DNA of 51,986 nt, counting the filler, from Porpidia crustulata (Eukaryota): assembly GCA_964255105.1 (NCBI GenBank). It is 3 parts of 3 records of this genome, joined end to end, with 100 filler letters (N's around TTAATTAATTAA, not from the genome) between each part and the next. Parts side by side here need not be neighbours in the genome. Positions count along the whole stretch, not along the records: positions 1 to 17,286 come from CAXUWE010000225.1; positions 17,387 to 34,640 come from CAXUWE010000226.1; 1 more part is not named here. The stretch is one strand, 5' to 3'. The notes beneath the pieces are model-generated. The model did not search any database and was not told where the DNA came from. It saw only the letters and a list, made by a program, of their open reading frames with translations. Positions 10,701 through 22,273 of the stretch are shown here, piece after piece. Made by a program: the position numbers and the translations under genes. The first letter of the stretch is position 1. Each line of letters starts with the position of its first letter.

Positions 10701-12409
10701 CGCAGAATAGAAGGGCTTTCACTGCCACCATCAATCTTTTATCTGACCTTTTGGACGGGTCCGGAAACGACGGTGACCGTGGGTCCCTCACAGCAACTTT
10801 TGCAGATATTCTGGTCTTAGACGGTAATCCGTACGATTACATCACACTTCTCGACCGCTTGGTAGATGATTACGACAATTTGTTTGACGAATTCGCTTCG
10901 AGTGCGGCGGATGGGAGCGTCATACCAGGTGTAGCAATGGATTCTCTAAATCGAACTAGATCGTTCAACACAGGCTCTCTAAGCTCAAATGCATCGTCAT
11001 TGCGCAAGAGATTCGGATTTGGTAACCTGAGCCGAGAAAACAGCAAGTCAGAATCCGAATCGAAGGTCGCCTCGGTATGGCGAACACTCAGCAAAAATTC
11101 AAAGAACACGGGCGAAACGTCGTCACAGCCAGGAAGTCTATCTAAGGCGTCCTCCTTACTCCGTTCAAGATCTACAGATACTGATACTCGAATGCTTCCA
11201 CCTCTTCGGCCCGTGTCTCGAGACAGGCCCATTTCTTCGACATCCCATGAGGAAGCTCGGTCTCGGCCAGGAAGTTCACATTTGAACATATCGACTCTGA
11301 GCACTATAGGCGAAGGCACGCCAACCAAGCCCACTTACTTGACTAAGAAAAAGCGGCGCAGCTCTCTTTCCGACCTGAAGCCTCTCAAAGATACCGTTAC
11401 AGTGTCTCCCTGGTCGTCGCCATCGCAGTTGCGCAAGCCAAGTGCTGTTCAGCAACTTAGCACACCAATCAAGACGTCTCTCGGAACACCTATCAAGACA
11501 TCGCCCAGAGTACCGTCTTCGAACAAGCTGGTTGTGGGCCAAAGCGCTGATAAGTTGTCTCCGAATCGTTTCGGATCCCCAGAACGTTTTGGATATACAC
11601 CTCGTAGCAAGGAATCGCCGCAAAGATTCAGCTCCTTACAACACAAGGAGAATTCGCCATCAATACTACGCGCAACCAATCCGGTCAAACCAGCGCGGAA
11701 TCCATCAAATACAGTCGCTGCGACAACCCCAATTGCCAAAAGGCGAACACCCTCCCAGACAACCACCAAAGGTTCAATTAAAGGACTCAGTGAACGGACT
11801 TGGCCTCCCAATGGTACTAGTACCCCAGCTAAGAAGCCCCCAGTTCCGTCTCAGAAGTTACGAATGCAGAGTCCGCAAAAGCTCCGCGAACGTCTTGGCC
11901 AAGAACAGAAAGCCCTCAGCGGTGCCGAAGCCAGTCTCCAAGTCGAGATTAATAAAATTGGCGAACAACTCTCCGCATTCAAAATCCAACGTCCAACCAC
12001 TGCTGGTTCCAAACCCTCCACACCTGCCTCTCAAGCCGCCGACAAGCAATTGCAAACTTTAAGCAAAAGCCTCACATCTTTAGAGACTGATCTCCAAAAC
12101 TTTATCACAACCACCACCGCCCGCACCGACGCCCTCGCCGCCGACCTCGAATCCTCCCTTCTCGTCGCTGACAAGAAAGCCAAGAAGCTGGATGAGTTAT
12201 ATCGTGAAGCTAACGCGGAGAACGAGGCCTTGTATGAGAGATTCAACGACGAGCTAGGAAAGATTCTGAAGGCAGTGAAGGGCGGTAAGGGCGAGGAGGA
12301 GAGAGCGAAGAACATGAAGGAGGGGCAGGACGAGTGCGGGAGGCTGAAGAAAGAGAATGCAAAACTGAAAAGGGAGGTGGTGGGGCTAAGGAGTTTGATT
12401 GCTGACTAG
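7754..12409 (+). CDS. BUD3: Dbl-homology Rho guanine nucleotide exchange factor, Bud3-like, 1551 aa, apparently intronless
   Basis: DH motifs LRREMCELVDTEQRYISKL and LIEPVQRLPRYSLL, then a PH-like region, a Ser-rich linker and a C-terminal coiled coil (LDELYREANAENEALYERFNDEL). Size and architecture fit filamentous-fungal Bud3. Confidence 0.8.
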   Translation: MVVISPALPELSLNTLSLYYCMDPLLEDFPVLVYYGPSTIGNSTHNSSRVQAHIYSLAGIQNFSRLTISPSSPLYVAVNHLPLEQRGDEVYRGLAVSLLSYFAAIPKAMKDSLSELEAGRRPNHLAPAMFDEMHAGDLAARMVRVKNSRETSQFLTSALSPRGVSWVDMDVLLPVNTVERFTSSEGSESKPFLGEDGLPLFHYGLYTSLIKGIGIPAFLPTSRLKRAPSRPTAHSKGRSLTKDQKVALRREMCELVDTEQRYISKLRDLVYGIATEVQKLHTDQFGNVRSNSRIVNQLFPDSLHRILETNTLFYDELQDILQVTENEAIQDIEDGSELSAGQGIRVIDGRKTDPTGATLFAKALLRRFPEFMGPYQDYMHTSADFPKIWNEALQDQASFFSRQVHEFGEQRLRSALIEPVQRLPRYSLLIDSIINLIPASHPALSTFLKARDIITDICALDTASTDGTRIVSCLSDLVHAWPESLSPKGRLIAAVDVIELDPPYTSTEAGQASILLLFPDTIVILHKAHGRAMSARGILAEVDRPVIPVSRVDNPYGFTEKTLNFSSAFSLLDLQSNESQDGRLIWLSGNNKPVRLPYPKSNDGHLQPFAKAFALLNPYERKATRLNEEVARARIEGRFSDVIREGDKWALRTISATSETLGAIAAVLEDDNTDSAATLSRIRVFVDTPKTPKSILTQNPGVDIACCITPLDLGRCRLNLESRDGARVAEETTEENVGGILVKILGTVIKVQHQPRDQLSAASHVVFNRDVLSATPIRMPTDEPRTRTVRPLSPVKMISSFLGGGSTNQFNSPSKISGNASDLKSIPPLRPPVFFSSEPAASQKNKESNSNGKVTVVANDVQDTKGPLVLMEDTFKAYVVALRSRSGNVVTKVLRGRAAADELMVNELYNILLEDPSRVQAAAEVSVDVLFAAFEKFLKKAWREHMGPLLATELLVFMQSKLDSGRPNEFSQHLKNSLEEMTPQNRRAFTATINLLSDLLDGSGNDGDRGSLTATFADILVLDGNPYDYITLLDRLVDDYDNLFDEFASSAADGSVIPGVAMDSLNRTRSFNTGSLSSNASSLRKRFGFGNLSRENSKSESESKVASVWRTLSKNSKNTGETSSQPGSLSKASSLLRSRSTDTDTRMLPPLRPVSRDRPISSTSHEEARSRPGSSHLNISTLSTIGEGTPTKPTYLTKKKRRSSLSDLKPLKDTVTVSPWSSPSQLRKPSAVQQLSTPIKTSLGTPIKTSPRVPSSNKLVVGQSADKLSPNRFGSPERFGYTPRSKESPQRFSSLQHKENSPSILRATNPVKPARNPSNTVAATTPIAKRRTPSQTTTKGSIKGLSERTWPPNGTSTPAKKPPVPSQKLRMQSPQKLRERLGQEQKALSGAEASLQVEINKIGEQLSAFKIQRPTTAGSKPSTPASQAADKQLQTLSKSLTSLETDLQNFITTTTARTDALAADLESSLLVADKKAKKLDELYREANAENEALYERFNDELGKILKAVKGGKGEEERAKNMKEGQDECGRLKKENAKLKREVVGLRSLIAD

Positions 12410-13228
12410 GTTATCTTAAGGAAAGAGGAGTTGAAGGGGTACGGAGCGAGGTAAGGTGTAGCGGATGACGGAAGGAGAACAGGATATGGAACTTCGCCGA
12501 AATGCTATCAGTGTTCAAGGCGGAGGAGCCTTAAAAGTGTGCTTGTTCGTTTTCCGTGGCACAAATGTATTTATAAAGCAGTCGGGCTGGGCTGGGAGAG
12601 TCTGGATCATAACGATTAGATTTAGAGAAAGTTGATGAGAGGGGTTTGATTGTCAGTCGAAGCACCAATATTCTGGTTAATTATACGCACGAGAGACAAT
12701 CGGTCCCCTACCTGAAAAGAGATGCAGAGCAGTCGGACCTCTCCATTAAAGTACGAATCAGGTTAACGCTTCTCAATATCAGACTAGAAGTCTGCTTCAA
12801 ATACACGGGGTATTTTCAACCATTTCATCCTTATCGATGGTGTTGAGCTCCGCCGAATCTGATTGACTCGTCCGTTGAACCACATCATGCCCCTGTCCAA
12901 CTTTATCACCGGGCAGTCACTCATCAGCCCTGTATTCAAACTTAAACAACGTAAACAAAGACAATGGAAGGCAGTCAACAATTGACCACCAAAATCAAGT
13001 CGGCATCAGATGATGAGCAGCAACGATGCGCGTGACAGATTTATTGGGAGATAAGGCCGTGAGACTGCGTCATTGCTAACAAGCGAGATGGGGAAAGAGT
13101 GGTAGCGCGTTTGCCCTAAGATGAACGTGTAACTCTTTTCTGTCATTCTGCTGTATCTACTCCGATTCTGCTCCGAGTAGCGAATGTGGAATGCTTTCCT
13201 TTCTGCATTCATGCTGCTTGCTTACTAG

Positions 13229-16200
13229 ATGTTGTCATCGCTGTCGCGCCTTACCAAAGGACGACAGAGCCACCGAAGTGACCGCTCTCCCTTCTCATCT
13301 CCACATTCTGGCCTTCTGTCCTCCCCAGTAGCCACTCGACGTGGTGCCCAAGAGGAGCGTCGAAGACCTGCTGCCGATTTCGATAGAGATGCCTCATCTG
13401 CACAACGTTTGAAGATTGACGAAGAAGCTGAAAGCGATGGAGAAGAGAACGACGACGATGATGAAGATGGAGACGAGGATGCAAGGGTCGACGAAGACGA
13501 AGACGCATCGCCCTTGCTACCCATATTCTCTGCAGCCCATCTTGGTATCTCCAAGCTACAAAAGAAGCTGTCACACAAAGCTGAATCAGATTCCTAGACG
13601 CACTCCCAGTATACAATCTCACCCACACAATCCGACTTCTCATTGTGCCCCGATGTGAGACAACTCTATCATGGGACCAACTGAGATCCCCTCAAGTATC
13701 ACAGTTTCTCGTCAAACCAATTCAGCAGGACATTCGAACGTCACATTTTTCCCGCGCTACATTATATGCTCTCTTGGCGAATTGCCTGCAATTCAATAAA
13801 GAAACTCAGACAAATCCAGGCAACAGTGGCACAAGCAAGACCAGAGCGCTAGTCTGCGAACTTTTAGCTATCAAGCTACTAAGGGAATTCAGCACTCGCG
13901 AATTGGTACGTACTTGATATATGCATAAACTAATCACGCTTGGTTTGCTAACTCATGATAGATCGGTACGTAGGGGGTCTAATTTGTATCCTCTCCCATG
14001 CTGATAGCAGGAAATAGATGCACTATCCTATGATTTTTATCCCCTTCAAGGGCATACCGCAGCAGGCAGCATTAATCCCACCCCTGGGCCTAATTGGAAT
14101 TCGTCCCAGAAGCAAAAGCTCCAGCTTCGAGTGGCCCGTATATCCGCGCTAGAGATAGCTATACGAGCACAGTCAAAGCGATTCCTAGCTCACCCGTTGG
14201 TGGTGCAGCAGCTTGAAGCTATTTGGGCCGGGAGCATTGTCTTTCACTCTGCCGCTGATAATCTGCATAGGCCTCCAGAAAAGGTCATGCCAAACCAGAC
14301 TCGAGGATACGGTACTATTGGCGCAACTGGCCCTGTTTTGTTGGCCTCCCCTGATCGTTTGCAACCTGCTAGGCAGAGAGATCACGTTGAACCTGTGAAG
14401 TTCACCGTACGTAGGTCAGCTACATTGTACGACCCACGTGATGCGTCGCTCTTCAAACTCTCGCGTTTGAGAGTACCTCGATATCGACAATTCCTCTCTA
14501 CATGCTCGTTCGCCATATTGCTCGGGCTGTTCATTGCCGTACTAGTCGAAAGATCCCTTAAGATAACCTCTTTAGAAGTTGTCTTCTGGTTCTGGAGTGC
14601 AGGATTCATGCTTGACGAAATCGTCGGCTTCAATGAACAAGGCTTTAGTCTGTACATCCTGAGCTTCTGGAATTCTTTCGATGTTGGTATACTGTTGCTC
14701 TTCATATGCTACTACTGCATGCGGCTGTATGGAATCCTAATGCCTGATGCCCGCAAACATCATGTTGCGGACATGGCATATGACATTCTGGCGGCTAATG
14801 CGGTGTTGTTATTCCCACGCCTCTTTTCGGTCCTTGATCACTATCGATACTTTTCGCAGCTCCTCATAGCATTTCGTATGATGGCATTAGATCTAGTGGC
14901 GGTTTTTATACTTATCGTCATCAGCTGCAGCGGTTTCTTCGTTGCGTTCACATTATCGTTCGGCAATAGCTATAATGCCGGGGATGTTGCCTATGCTCTC
15001 TTCCAGATGCTGATGGGTTTTACACCTGCTGCATGGGATTCTTGGGGGAGCTACAACATTCTGGGCAAGACAATTTTAACGCTTTTCCTCTTCATTTGCC
15101 ATTTCTTAATAGTTACGATACTCATCACAGTTCTTACTAACTCGTTCATGGCCATCGTACAGAATGCGAATGAGGAACATCAGTTCGTCTTTGCAGTTAA
15201 TACTATATCGATGGTCAAGTCGGACGCCCTTTTTTCGTATGTTGCGCCTACAAATGTTCTTGCCTGGGTGCTAGCCCCATTACGGTTTATCATACCTTTC
15301 CGCCAGTTTGTTCGTATAAACAGAACCGTCATCAAGATCACACATTTTCCGGTTCTGTTTTTTATCTATGCTTATGAACGTATCGTACTTCAAGGCGCAG
15401 CGTACGAACCCACTGATCTCGTTGAGAACCGTGGCCGCCCTGGCGCTCGTGTAAGGGCGTTCGAGGCGCCAGGCGCTGGATTAAATCTATTCAGCCCAAG
15501 AGCGCACCGATTACGTGAACCTTCGGTGGCCACATTCCATAAAGACCGTGCTCTCGCCGAGGTTTTCCGACGGCCTTACAAAGATAATACTGTCCGGGGG
15601 ACCCAGAAGCGCCATGAGCGTAGCAACGTGGTTGACAGTTGGATGTCAGACATGGGTCCGAATGGGACGGCAAGCCCGCCGGTGGAGCAAGACCGATCTG
15701 TCGTGGACAGATTGGAAGCTCGGCGCCTTGCACATCGTAGGTCGCAAGCTATGATGCGGCGACGGCAAGCAGGACGTGGACGTTCCTTCACGGACGCCAC
15801 AATGTCTGTTCTTTCGGATCCTGAGGAATTCGTCTCCCGTGGCAATTTGCGTCGTCCTTTTCATCGTCATGAATCTACTGACTTGCCAACTATGAGCATG
15901 GATGATCTTCCGGAGCAGACTGATGCTGATGGTGACGATGAACTTGTCACGAACGATGAAGACACCCCATTAGAAACTTCTACTAGTATCGATGTCAAGA
16001 AAAGAACCCAAAAGGAAAACTATTTCCAACACACACCAACGGTTAAATCTCGCAGCGTAGCTTTTGGATCTGCCTCCTGGTCTTCGCGAAACGCCCATGA
16101 ATCTCCACTTCAGGATCCCAGTTTCGATCAAAGCACCGTCCATCGCCCGAGAAGAACGCCACATGCAAGGAATCTCTCTACAAACACAATTCTCTTCGAT

Positions 16201-16842
16201 CCGCTCCCCCGCAAGGCTGATTCGTCATCTTCTCCTAGTCGAAAGATTGTGACCGCCAAGAACAGTGCTAAAAACACCGGGACAGATAGTGGTGCCTTGA
16301 CACCGGCATCGGCTGGAAGACGTACTCCAAAGCGTGCCCATCGTGCACGGCCAATAATGCCTCCACGAACTGCGTTCCAGTCCGCACCAGATCTTGCAGG
16401 CATGCTCATGATTAATACTCAACAAAGCCGAAAGCATTCTCTCGGTTTCGACATCGGCTCTGATATCGGTGACAACAAAGCTATCGGCGGCGGATTTGTA
16501 CCTCATTCCTTTCAAACCCAGATGGCCTTCGCCACGGGAGCCCTTAGAGCCGGGCCAGCTTCTGCTGGCGCCAACGATGATCAAAGAATGATGTCTAAAA
16601 TGATGATGGCAAGGATGACTAATCTAGAAGAAGGATTCCGAGATGTGATTAAAGAGGTCAAAGACTGGAGAAAAGGAGAGGCTTTGAGTGCGGATGACCG
16701 AGGCGGAAGTAAGATAGGAAAAGCTAAGATTAAGAGGGCTAGCAGGAGAGAGGGTAAAATGAAAGAGACGATCGAAGGTGTTGCAGAAGATTGGGTTGAC
16801 GAGCCGGACGTCCCCAAGGATCAGAGAGGCAGCTCGATTTAG
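13229..16842 (+). CDS. YVC1/TRP-like non-selective cation channel; exons 13229-13544, 13598-13905, 13962-13965 (microexon), 14018-16842
   Basis: LSWDQLRSPQVSQFLVKPI, ALEIAIRAQSKRFLAHPLVVQQLEAIWAG, SRLRVPRY, several hydrophobic TM segments and LITVLTNSF. All three introns have canonical GT/branch/AG signals. Confidence 0.85.
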
Positions 16843-17286
16843 CGCCGCGTCTCTGGCTTTTCGGGCTGCGTCTGAATATTGTAACTTAAGGGCAGATGAA
16901 AGAGATAGACAAGGAGTTGAAAGTAATGGTGGTTGTCAGGGACGTGGGGGGATGGTTTGACTGCTCTGTATGATACCCTCACGCCTAGTATCGTAAGGTG
17001 GAATACTCTTAGCATTGGCGTTCGTCTCCACTCATCAACATTCCGTTTGCATCATGGATCAGTATGGATCAATTCGTGTTCTTATCTGCCTCGACGCCAT
17101 GGCATGTCTAGCCGGCTACATATCAGTGCCTTCATACCACACTGTAAGCGCCAAAGTTCTCAAGATCCCATTTATACGACCCAGCAAGCCATCCCTTCCA
17201 GACCTCGATCCATCAATGCATTCTCGATAGCCGCCGTCAACATTTGCGTACCCTATACCCACCCCATTTCCCATTTTCAATAATTT

Positions 17287-17386
17287 NNNNNNNNNNNNNN
17301 NNNNNNNNNNNNNNNNNNNNNNNNNNNNNNTTAATTAATTAANNNNNNNNNNNNNNNNNNNNNNNNNNNNNNNNNNNNNNNNNNNN
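17287..17386. other. Artificial contig-joining spacer (44 N + TTAATTAATTAA + 44 N)
   Basis: Exactly 100 nt with a palindromic six-frame-stop linker at 17331-17342. Confidence 0.97.
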
Positions 17387-17583
17387 GCGGTTGATAGGGC
17401 TTGTCGAGTGTCAATCCCTAATATAAGAATCCCCTCCCGTCCCTCATTTCCCTTACTCTCTCATCCTTCTCAAACCTCTCCTACTTCTCTCCCCACTACC
17501 TCCCCTTGGTGCTCGATCAGAGTCAAGGGTCTCTTTCGATTTATATCTCTGGCAAAGATTAACCAGATTAGATCATCGCCGCC

Positions 17584-19404
17584 ATGGACACCATCTCAAG
17601 GTTCAATGTGGTGCACAAGCTCGAGAAGCGAAGTCTTCTCATCGCCATCAATTGCATTGCTGGCTTGTCCATCTTCTTCTTCGGTTATGATCAGGGTATG
17701 ATGGGTGGTGTCAACGGTGCTCCCAACTACTATCATGATACCATGAAATTTGGCCACGTTGGCCCACCTCCAGAGAAAGCCCCCGTCATTGATAATACGC
17801 TTCTTCAAGGAGGAATTGTAAGTCACCGATTGCTCGACAGTTCGCCCAGTGCTTTAACAAAAAATAGGTCTCCATTTACTACGTCGGTACCTTGGTCGGC
17901 TGTCTCGTCGGTGGTTGGTTTGGTGACAAGTACGGCCGCATAAAGACCATCGCGCTTGGTGCTGGCTGGGCTGTCATTGGCGCCTCCCTTCAATGTTCTG
18001 CTCAAAACGCCACCTGGATGATCTTTGCTCGCCTCATCAACGGTTGGGGTACTGGTATTCTTAACGCCATTGTTCCGGTCTGGGCTACCGAGACTGCGGA
18101 ACACAAATCTCGTGGACAATTCGTGGCCATTGAGTTCACCTTGAACATCTTCGGTGTCGTCGTCGCCTACTGGCTTGAATAGTGAGTTCATGAGACCTTT
18201 CATTTGGATCATAGTGACTGACACCTTTCACAGCGGATGCTCTTTCTACACCGGAGGCAACGGATCGTTCGTCTGGCGCTTCCCCATTGCCTTCCAGATT
18301 ATCCCTCTGCTGTTCCTCTTCGGTATCGTCTGGCTTTTCCCCGAGTCACCCCGTTGGCTCACAAAAGTTGGCCGTGAGGAAGAAGCACGCTATATCCTTG
18401 GTCGCCTCCGTGGTGAAAGTGGGCAAGACTTGGGCAAGGCCGAAGCTGAATTCCAGGATATCCGCAACATTGCCGAGCTCGAACGCAAGACTACTAAGGC
18501 TCAATCCTACTTTGCTATGTTCTTCGGTATCGGCTCTGGCAAACTTCATACCGGTCGCCGTGTCCAGCTCGTCATTTGGCTTCAAATTATGCAGGAATGG
18601 ATTGGTATTGCTGGTGTCACCATCTACGCTCCCACCATCTTCCGTACTGCAGGTATCAGCAATTCCCAAGTGCAGTGGATCTCAGGTCTCAACACCATCA
18701 CCTACATGTTTGCCACACTCATCTGCGTGTTCACTCTTGATCGCATCGGTCGTCGCTGGACTCTCTACTGGGGCTCCGTTGTCCAGGGTATTTCCATGTT
18801 CCTCGCTGGCGGTCTTTCCCGCGCGGGTCAGAACCAGCCTTTCGGTTCCGCTTCGGCCAAAGCCTACAGCTCCGGTGCCGTGGCTATGATCTTCCTTTTC
18901 ACCGCCACCTTTGGCGCCACCTGGCTTACCGTCCCCTGGCTCTACCCCGCCGAGATCTTCCCTCTCCAGGTCCGTGCCAAGGGTAACGCCTGGGGTGTCG
19001 TCGGATGGTCCGTCGGTAACGGATGGCTCACTCTCCTCTGCCCTGTCATGTTCAAGGCCCTCAACGAGAAGACTTACTACATTTTCGCCGCCGCCAATGT
19101 TATCACCATCCCCATGGTTTGGGCCCTGTACCCCGAATCCAGCCAGCGCACTCTGGAAGAAATGGACTTGCTCTTCGCTGCCGACAGCCCATGGAATTGG
19201 GAAGCGGAGAAGAACTTCCGCCTCCTGAAGGAACAAAATCCAGACCTTGTCCAGGCTGCCCAGCGTGGCCACTCGGTTGTTGACCCTGAGACTGGTCTAC
19301 CAAGACGGGGCAGTGTTGGAAGGAACATGTCGTTAGATGTAAATGCATTAAACACGCACCACCACGACGCCATGGAGGAGAAGCAGACCTTCAAGCACGG
19401 TTAG
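17584..19404 (+). CDS. MFS sugar porter family transporter (STL1-like subgroup plausible); exons 17584-17817, 17868-18181, 18234-19404
   Basis: FFGYDQG, DKYGR, PESPRWL, DRIGRR, YPAEIFPLQVRAKG and PESSQRTLEEMD motifs. Introns 17818-17867 and 18182-18233 are in frame. Confidence 0.93.
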
Positions 19405-20099
19405 ACACCTCGGTCTTGCCTAGCCGATGAGATCTCTTGATCCTTGGGTCGGACTTCAAGATCCAGATGAAGTTTTCAGCACGGTGTCTCATTATTCTGT
19501 TTTGGGTAGGTCTAGGGGACTGTGGTTGGGATGACTTGGACTTTGCAACTACGATATCTACAAATCTAGAACGCATCATCGCACTTTATATGACAATGAC
19601 AGAAGATTCACATCGCAACTATGCTTCCACCAGTGTCTTGACCGTATTCCACCTCATCTTTGGTTTGCCTTCTTTGCCTCCACAATGATACTTACTTTTC
19701 GGAATTATAATCATTCATCTGCTGAACACAATATCCTGTCTGCTGCCTTCAAATTGGCACAGTTAAGAGCTATAATTTCCAAGCCGTTTCTGCCCTTGCT
19801 TCTCGAGAATATGGTATCCTAGCCATTTAAGACTAATGTCGATTTCCCCTCACAGATAGTGCCCGACCATCGCAATTCATTAGTACGTTAGCTTCACAAC
19901 ACCCTTTACAATTCAAGTAACGAATTGCAATTGCTTCCATATGTCAATCAATATGCTTAGCCTCTACCCTAATGACTCACTGTAAGCCTCTGTCTTGACA
20001 TACAGCGAACGTTTCTGTTACCTAAGATACCTATCCATATCGAATGGTAGGTCTTAGGTTCCACATCTTGGTTTTATCGATCACGTAGGTAGGTAATCA

Positions 20100-21330
20100 A
20101 AATCACCATCTTGAGGCCAAGTCGTAGGCTTCTAGCGCTCTCTTCCACGCCCGCTCCTCCATGGCATCGCAGCCTTTCATCATTGAGCCAGGCTAGATTC
20201 TCTTCTTCGTTGATCATTGGCAATTGGCTCGAAATGCTCCGAGTTAAGCCTCCCGCATCTTGCTGTCGATATTTTTCGGAGACGATCAAAAAAGGCGCTT
20301 CGATGAATTGAAAGCACCTCAGTATCATGCAGATCTTTCCTTATCAAAGGGAAAGGAGCAATGTCTTCGTAGTGTATCAACGGCTTCAAAGCACGACGTT
20401 CGTTGAATAAATAGCCTAAGAAATCAAAATAGCTGAGGGATGCTAGTCTCATCACCTTGGACGGTATAATTGATCATACAAAGATCACGTTTGATCTTGC
20501 AGTGCCAGCCTCAATGCCGGGATACATGTTCCATGATACGGCAGGTTTGATTTTTTGCTCAAACTTGATCGCTTCCAGACCTCTGAATGCGAGTATCTCT
20601 GAGGGGAAAGAAGACATAATTACTATTGCTTAGAGGTGGCCAATATACCTCATCATATTGAAAAAGAATGAATGTAACTGGCATCGACGGCATCGGTCCC
20701 CTCAGCCACAGCGCTGATGATGGCGTTGGAGAATACTAACGAAGAGAATTGGAATAAAAAACGCAGGACCAGCTCTATCATCAAATACCGAGCTCGAAGA
20801 ACAGACTTTTCACTGACTTCACAAGATAACCTTTCCAAGCTATCAGGGACAAAGCCTTAATTTGACTATTCGAAGAAATTCTTTCTAGTGTCCAAGACCA
20901 ATGACAAGACCTTTCGGACCACTGGCTAGCATTCGCGTATACTTCTGTATGATCTGGAGTTCCAACATGATATTAACCATCAGCACTCTGAAGAGATAGA
21001 AACAAACTCCATCCACAAGATATAATCTTCATATCAAGAAATAATTCGAACCCTGTAAATCCATCTTCTAGCGTGCAATGAAGCAACATTGACACCGGAA
21101 TTGCGATTCATGCCGACTCAAAGATGGTGTCCTGCAAGGTCTGTTAGGAGCGCCTATGCCAAATTTCGCTATGCTTCAGCGCAGTCTGGATATTTGCTAA
21201 CAGCAACTACTCAACTTGCCTATACACGATCCTAGAGTCTTTCGAATATTCCAAATTGCGATTCATTTATACTGTTCCCTGATGCTATGCGACATATCTG
21301 TCGTAATCGGGAACCTTCATGAAAGAAAAA
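20100..21330 (-). pseudogene. Possible decayed coding remnant
   Basis: Minus-strand frames give protein-like fragments broken by stops (YRQVE*LLLANIQTALKHSEIW; AMEERAWKRALEAYDLASRW). No recognisable domain. Confidence 0.2.
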
Positions 21331-21588
21331 GCGCTTTATACATACTGTGACAGTGCCGCCGCCGCAACGTAAGTTTCCTACATTCAGTATGGACTTTTCG
21401 GACAAGAAGGCGCAGAAAGCGAACAAGATATCAGTCATTCTGCCAGCTATCGTTCAAACATATGTCGCACGTTGTGCCACTCGTTGTATGGCATTCAGGT
21501 AAAGCCAATTCTTGAACAAAGATTCATCCGTGCTGGCTCAATGCTCTCGGCTCTGGGTAACGTTCTTCATCATCTCCGACCACTACTA

Positions 21589-21710
21589 CTCGCATTCACT
21601 CCTCAACGGAACACACCCCTCAACGGAACAACTAAGCTCAGATTGATGAAAAACCCTAGCCCTAGGCCTGCTGTTCCGTTGAGGGGTGTGTCCCGTTGAG
21701 TGAATGCGAG
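21589..21710. mobile_element. 122-bp MITE with ~40-bp terminal inverted repeats and TA target-site duplication (Tc1/mariner-pogo type)
   Basis: TA|CTCGCATTCACTCCTCAACGGAACACACCCCTCAACGGAACA ... TGTTCCGTTGAGGGGTGTGTCCCGTTGAGTGAATGCGAG|TA. The arms differ by one substitution and a 3-bp indel. Confidence 0.8.
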
Positions 21711-22273
21711 TACTGTATATTTGCGATGCAAAGAGAAAGACCACAAAGGGAGGGATCATTGTAGCGACTGGGCGGCAGTCTCGAGTAGAACAATAGCATG
21801 GTTATCTTAGGCAGCTCAAGTCTTCAAGGGGAGTAGATTGACAAGGATAACCTTTCGTTGAGCGAGGTCGAGAATCTTGGGCGTCCAAGACCCCTGAACA
21901 GAGTCTTTGGTCTGTTGGGGATTGAACTTAGGATCTAAACTGAATACTCTGTAGATAGTAAATAATGTCACCAGGACGATTCCGATATTGCACTTTGAAT
22001 TCGCTCTGTGACATTTAGAAGTAAGTGAGAAGAGTTTGGGGTCCTCGTCGCGTCCGTTGATCACGAGTTCCGCGTCACGCTAAACTCGGGCTACCCGGGC
22101 CGTTAGTGATATCAGAAAAGAACCCTGTAATCCTCACTTTTTGTTCAGATACCTCCCATGCAGAAATTGCGCTGGAGCTTACCAAAGATCCATACTACCT
22201 ACATCTATGAAATCTGAGATTTCGCTACATAGCTTGCACGCTTGGCCGACCTGTGTACTCTGACTTATCAACA

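Noticed and set aside
17287..17386. Palindromic TTAATTAATTAA inside N runs (also 34641-34740)
   Set aside because: Synthetic six-frame-stop linker used to concatenate contigs. Not biological, and adjacency across it cannot be interpreted.
21589..21710. Short direct repeats suggesting a CRISPR-like array
   Set aside because: Eukaryotic context, only two units per arm and an inverted arrangement. Explained as MITE TIRs.
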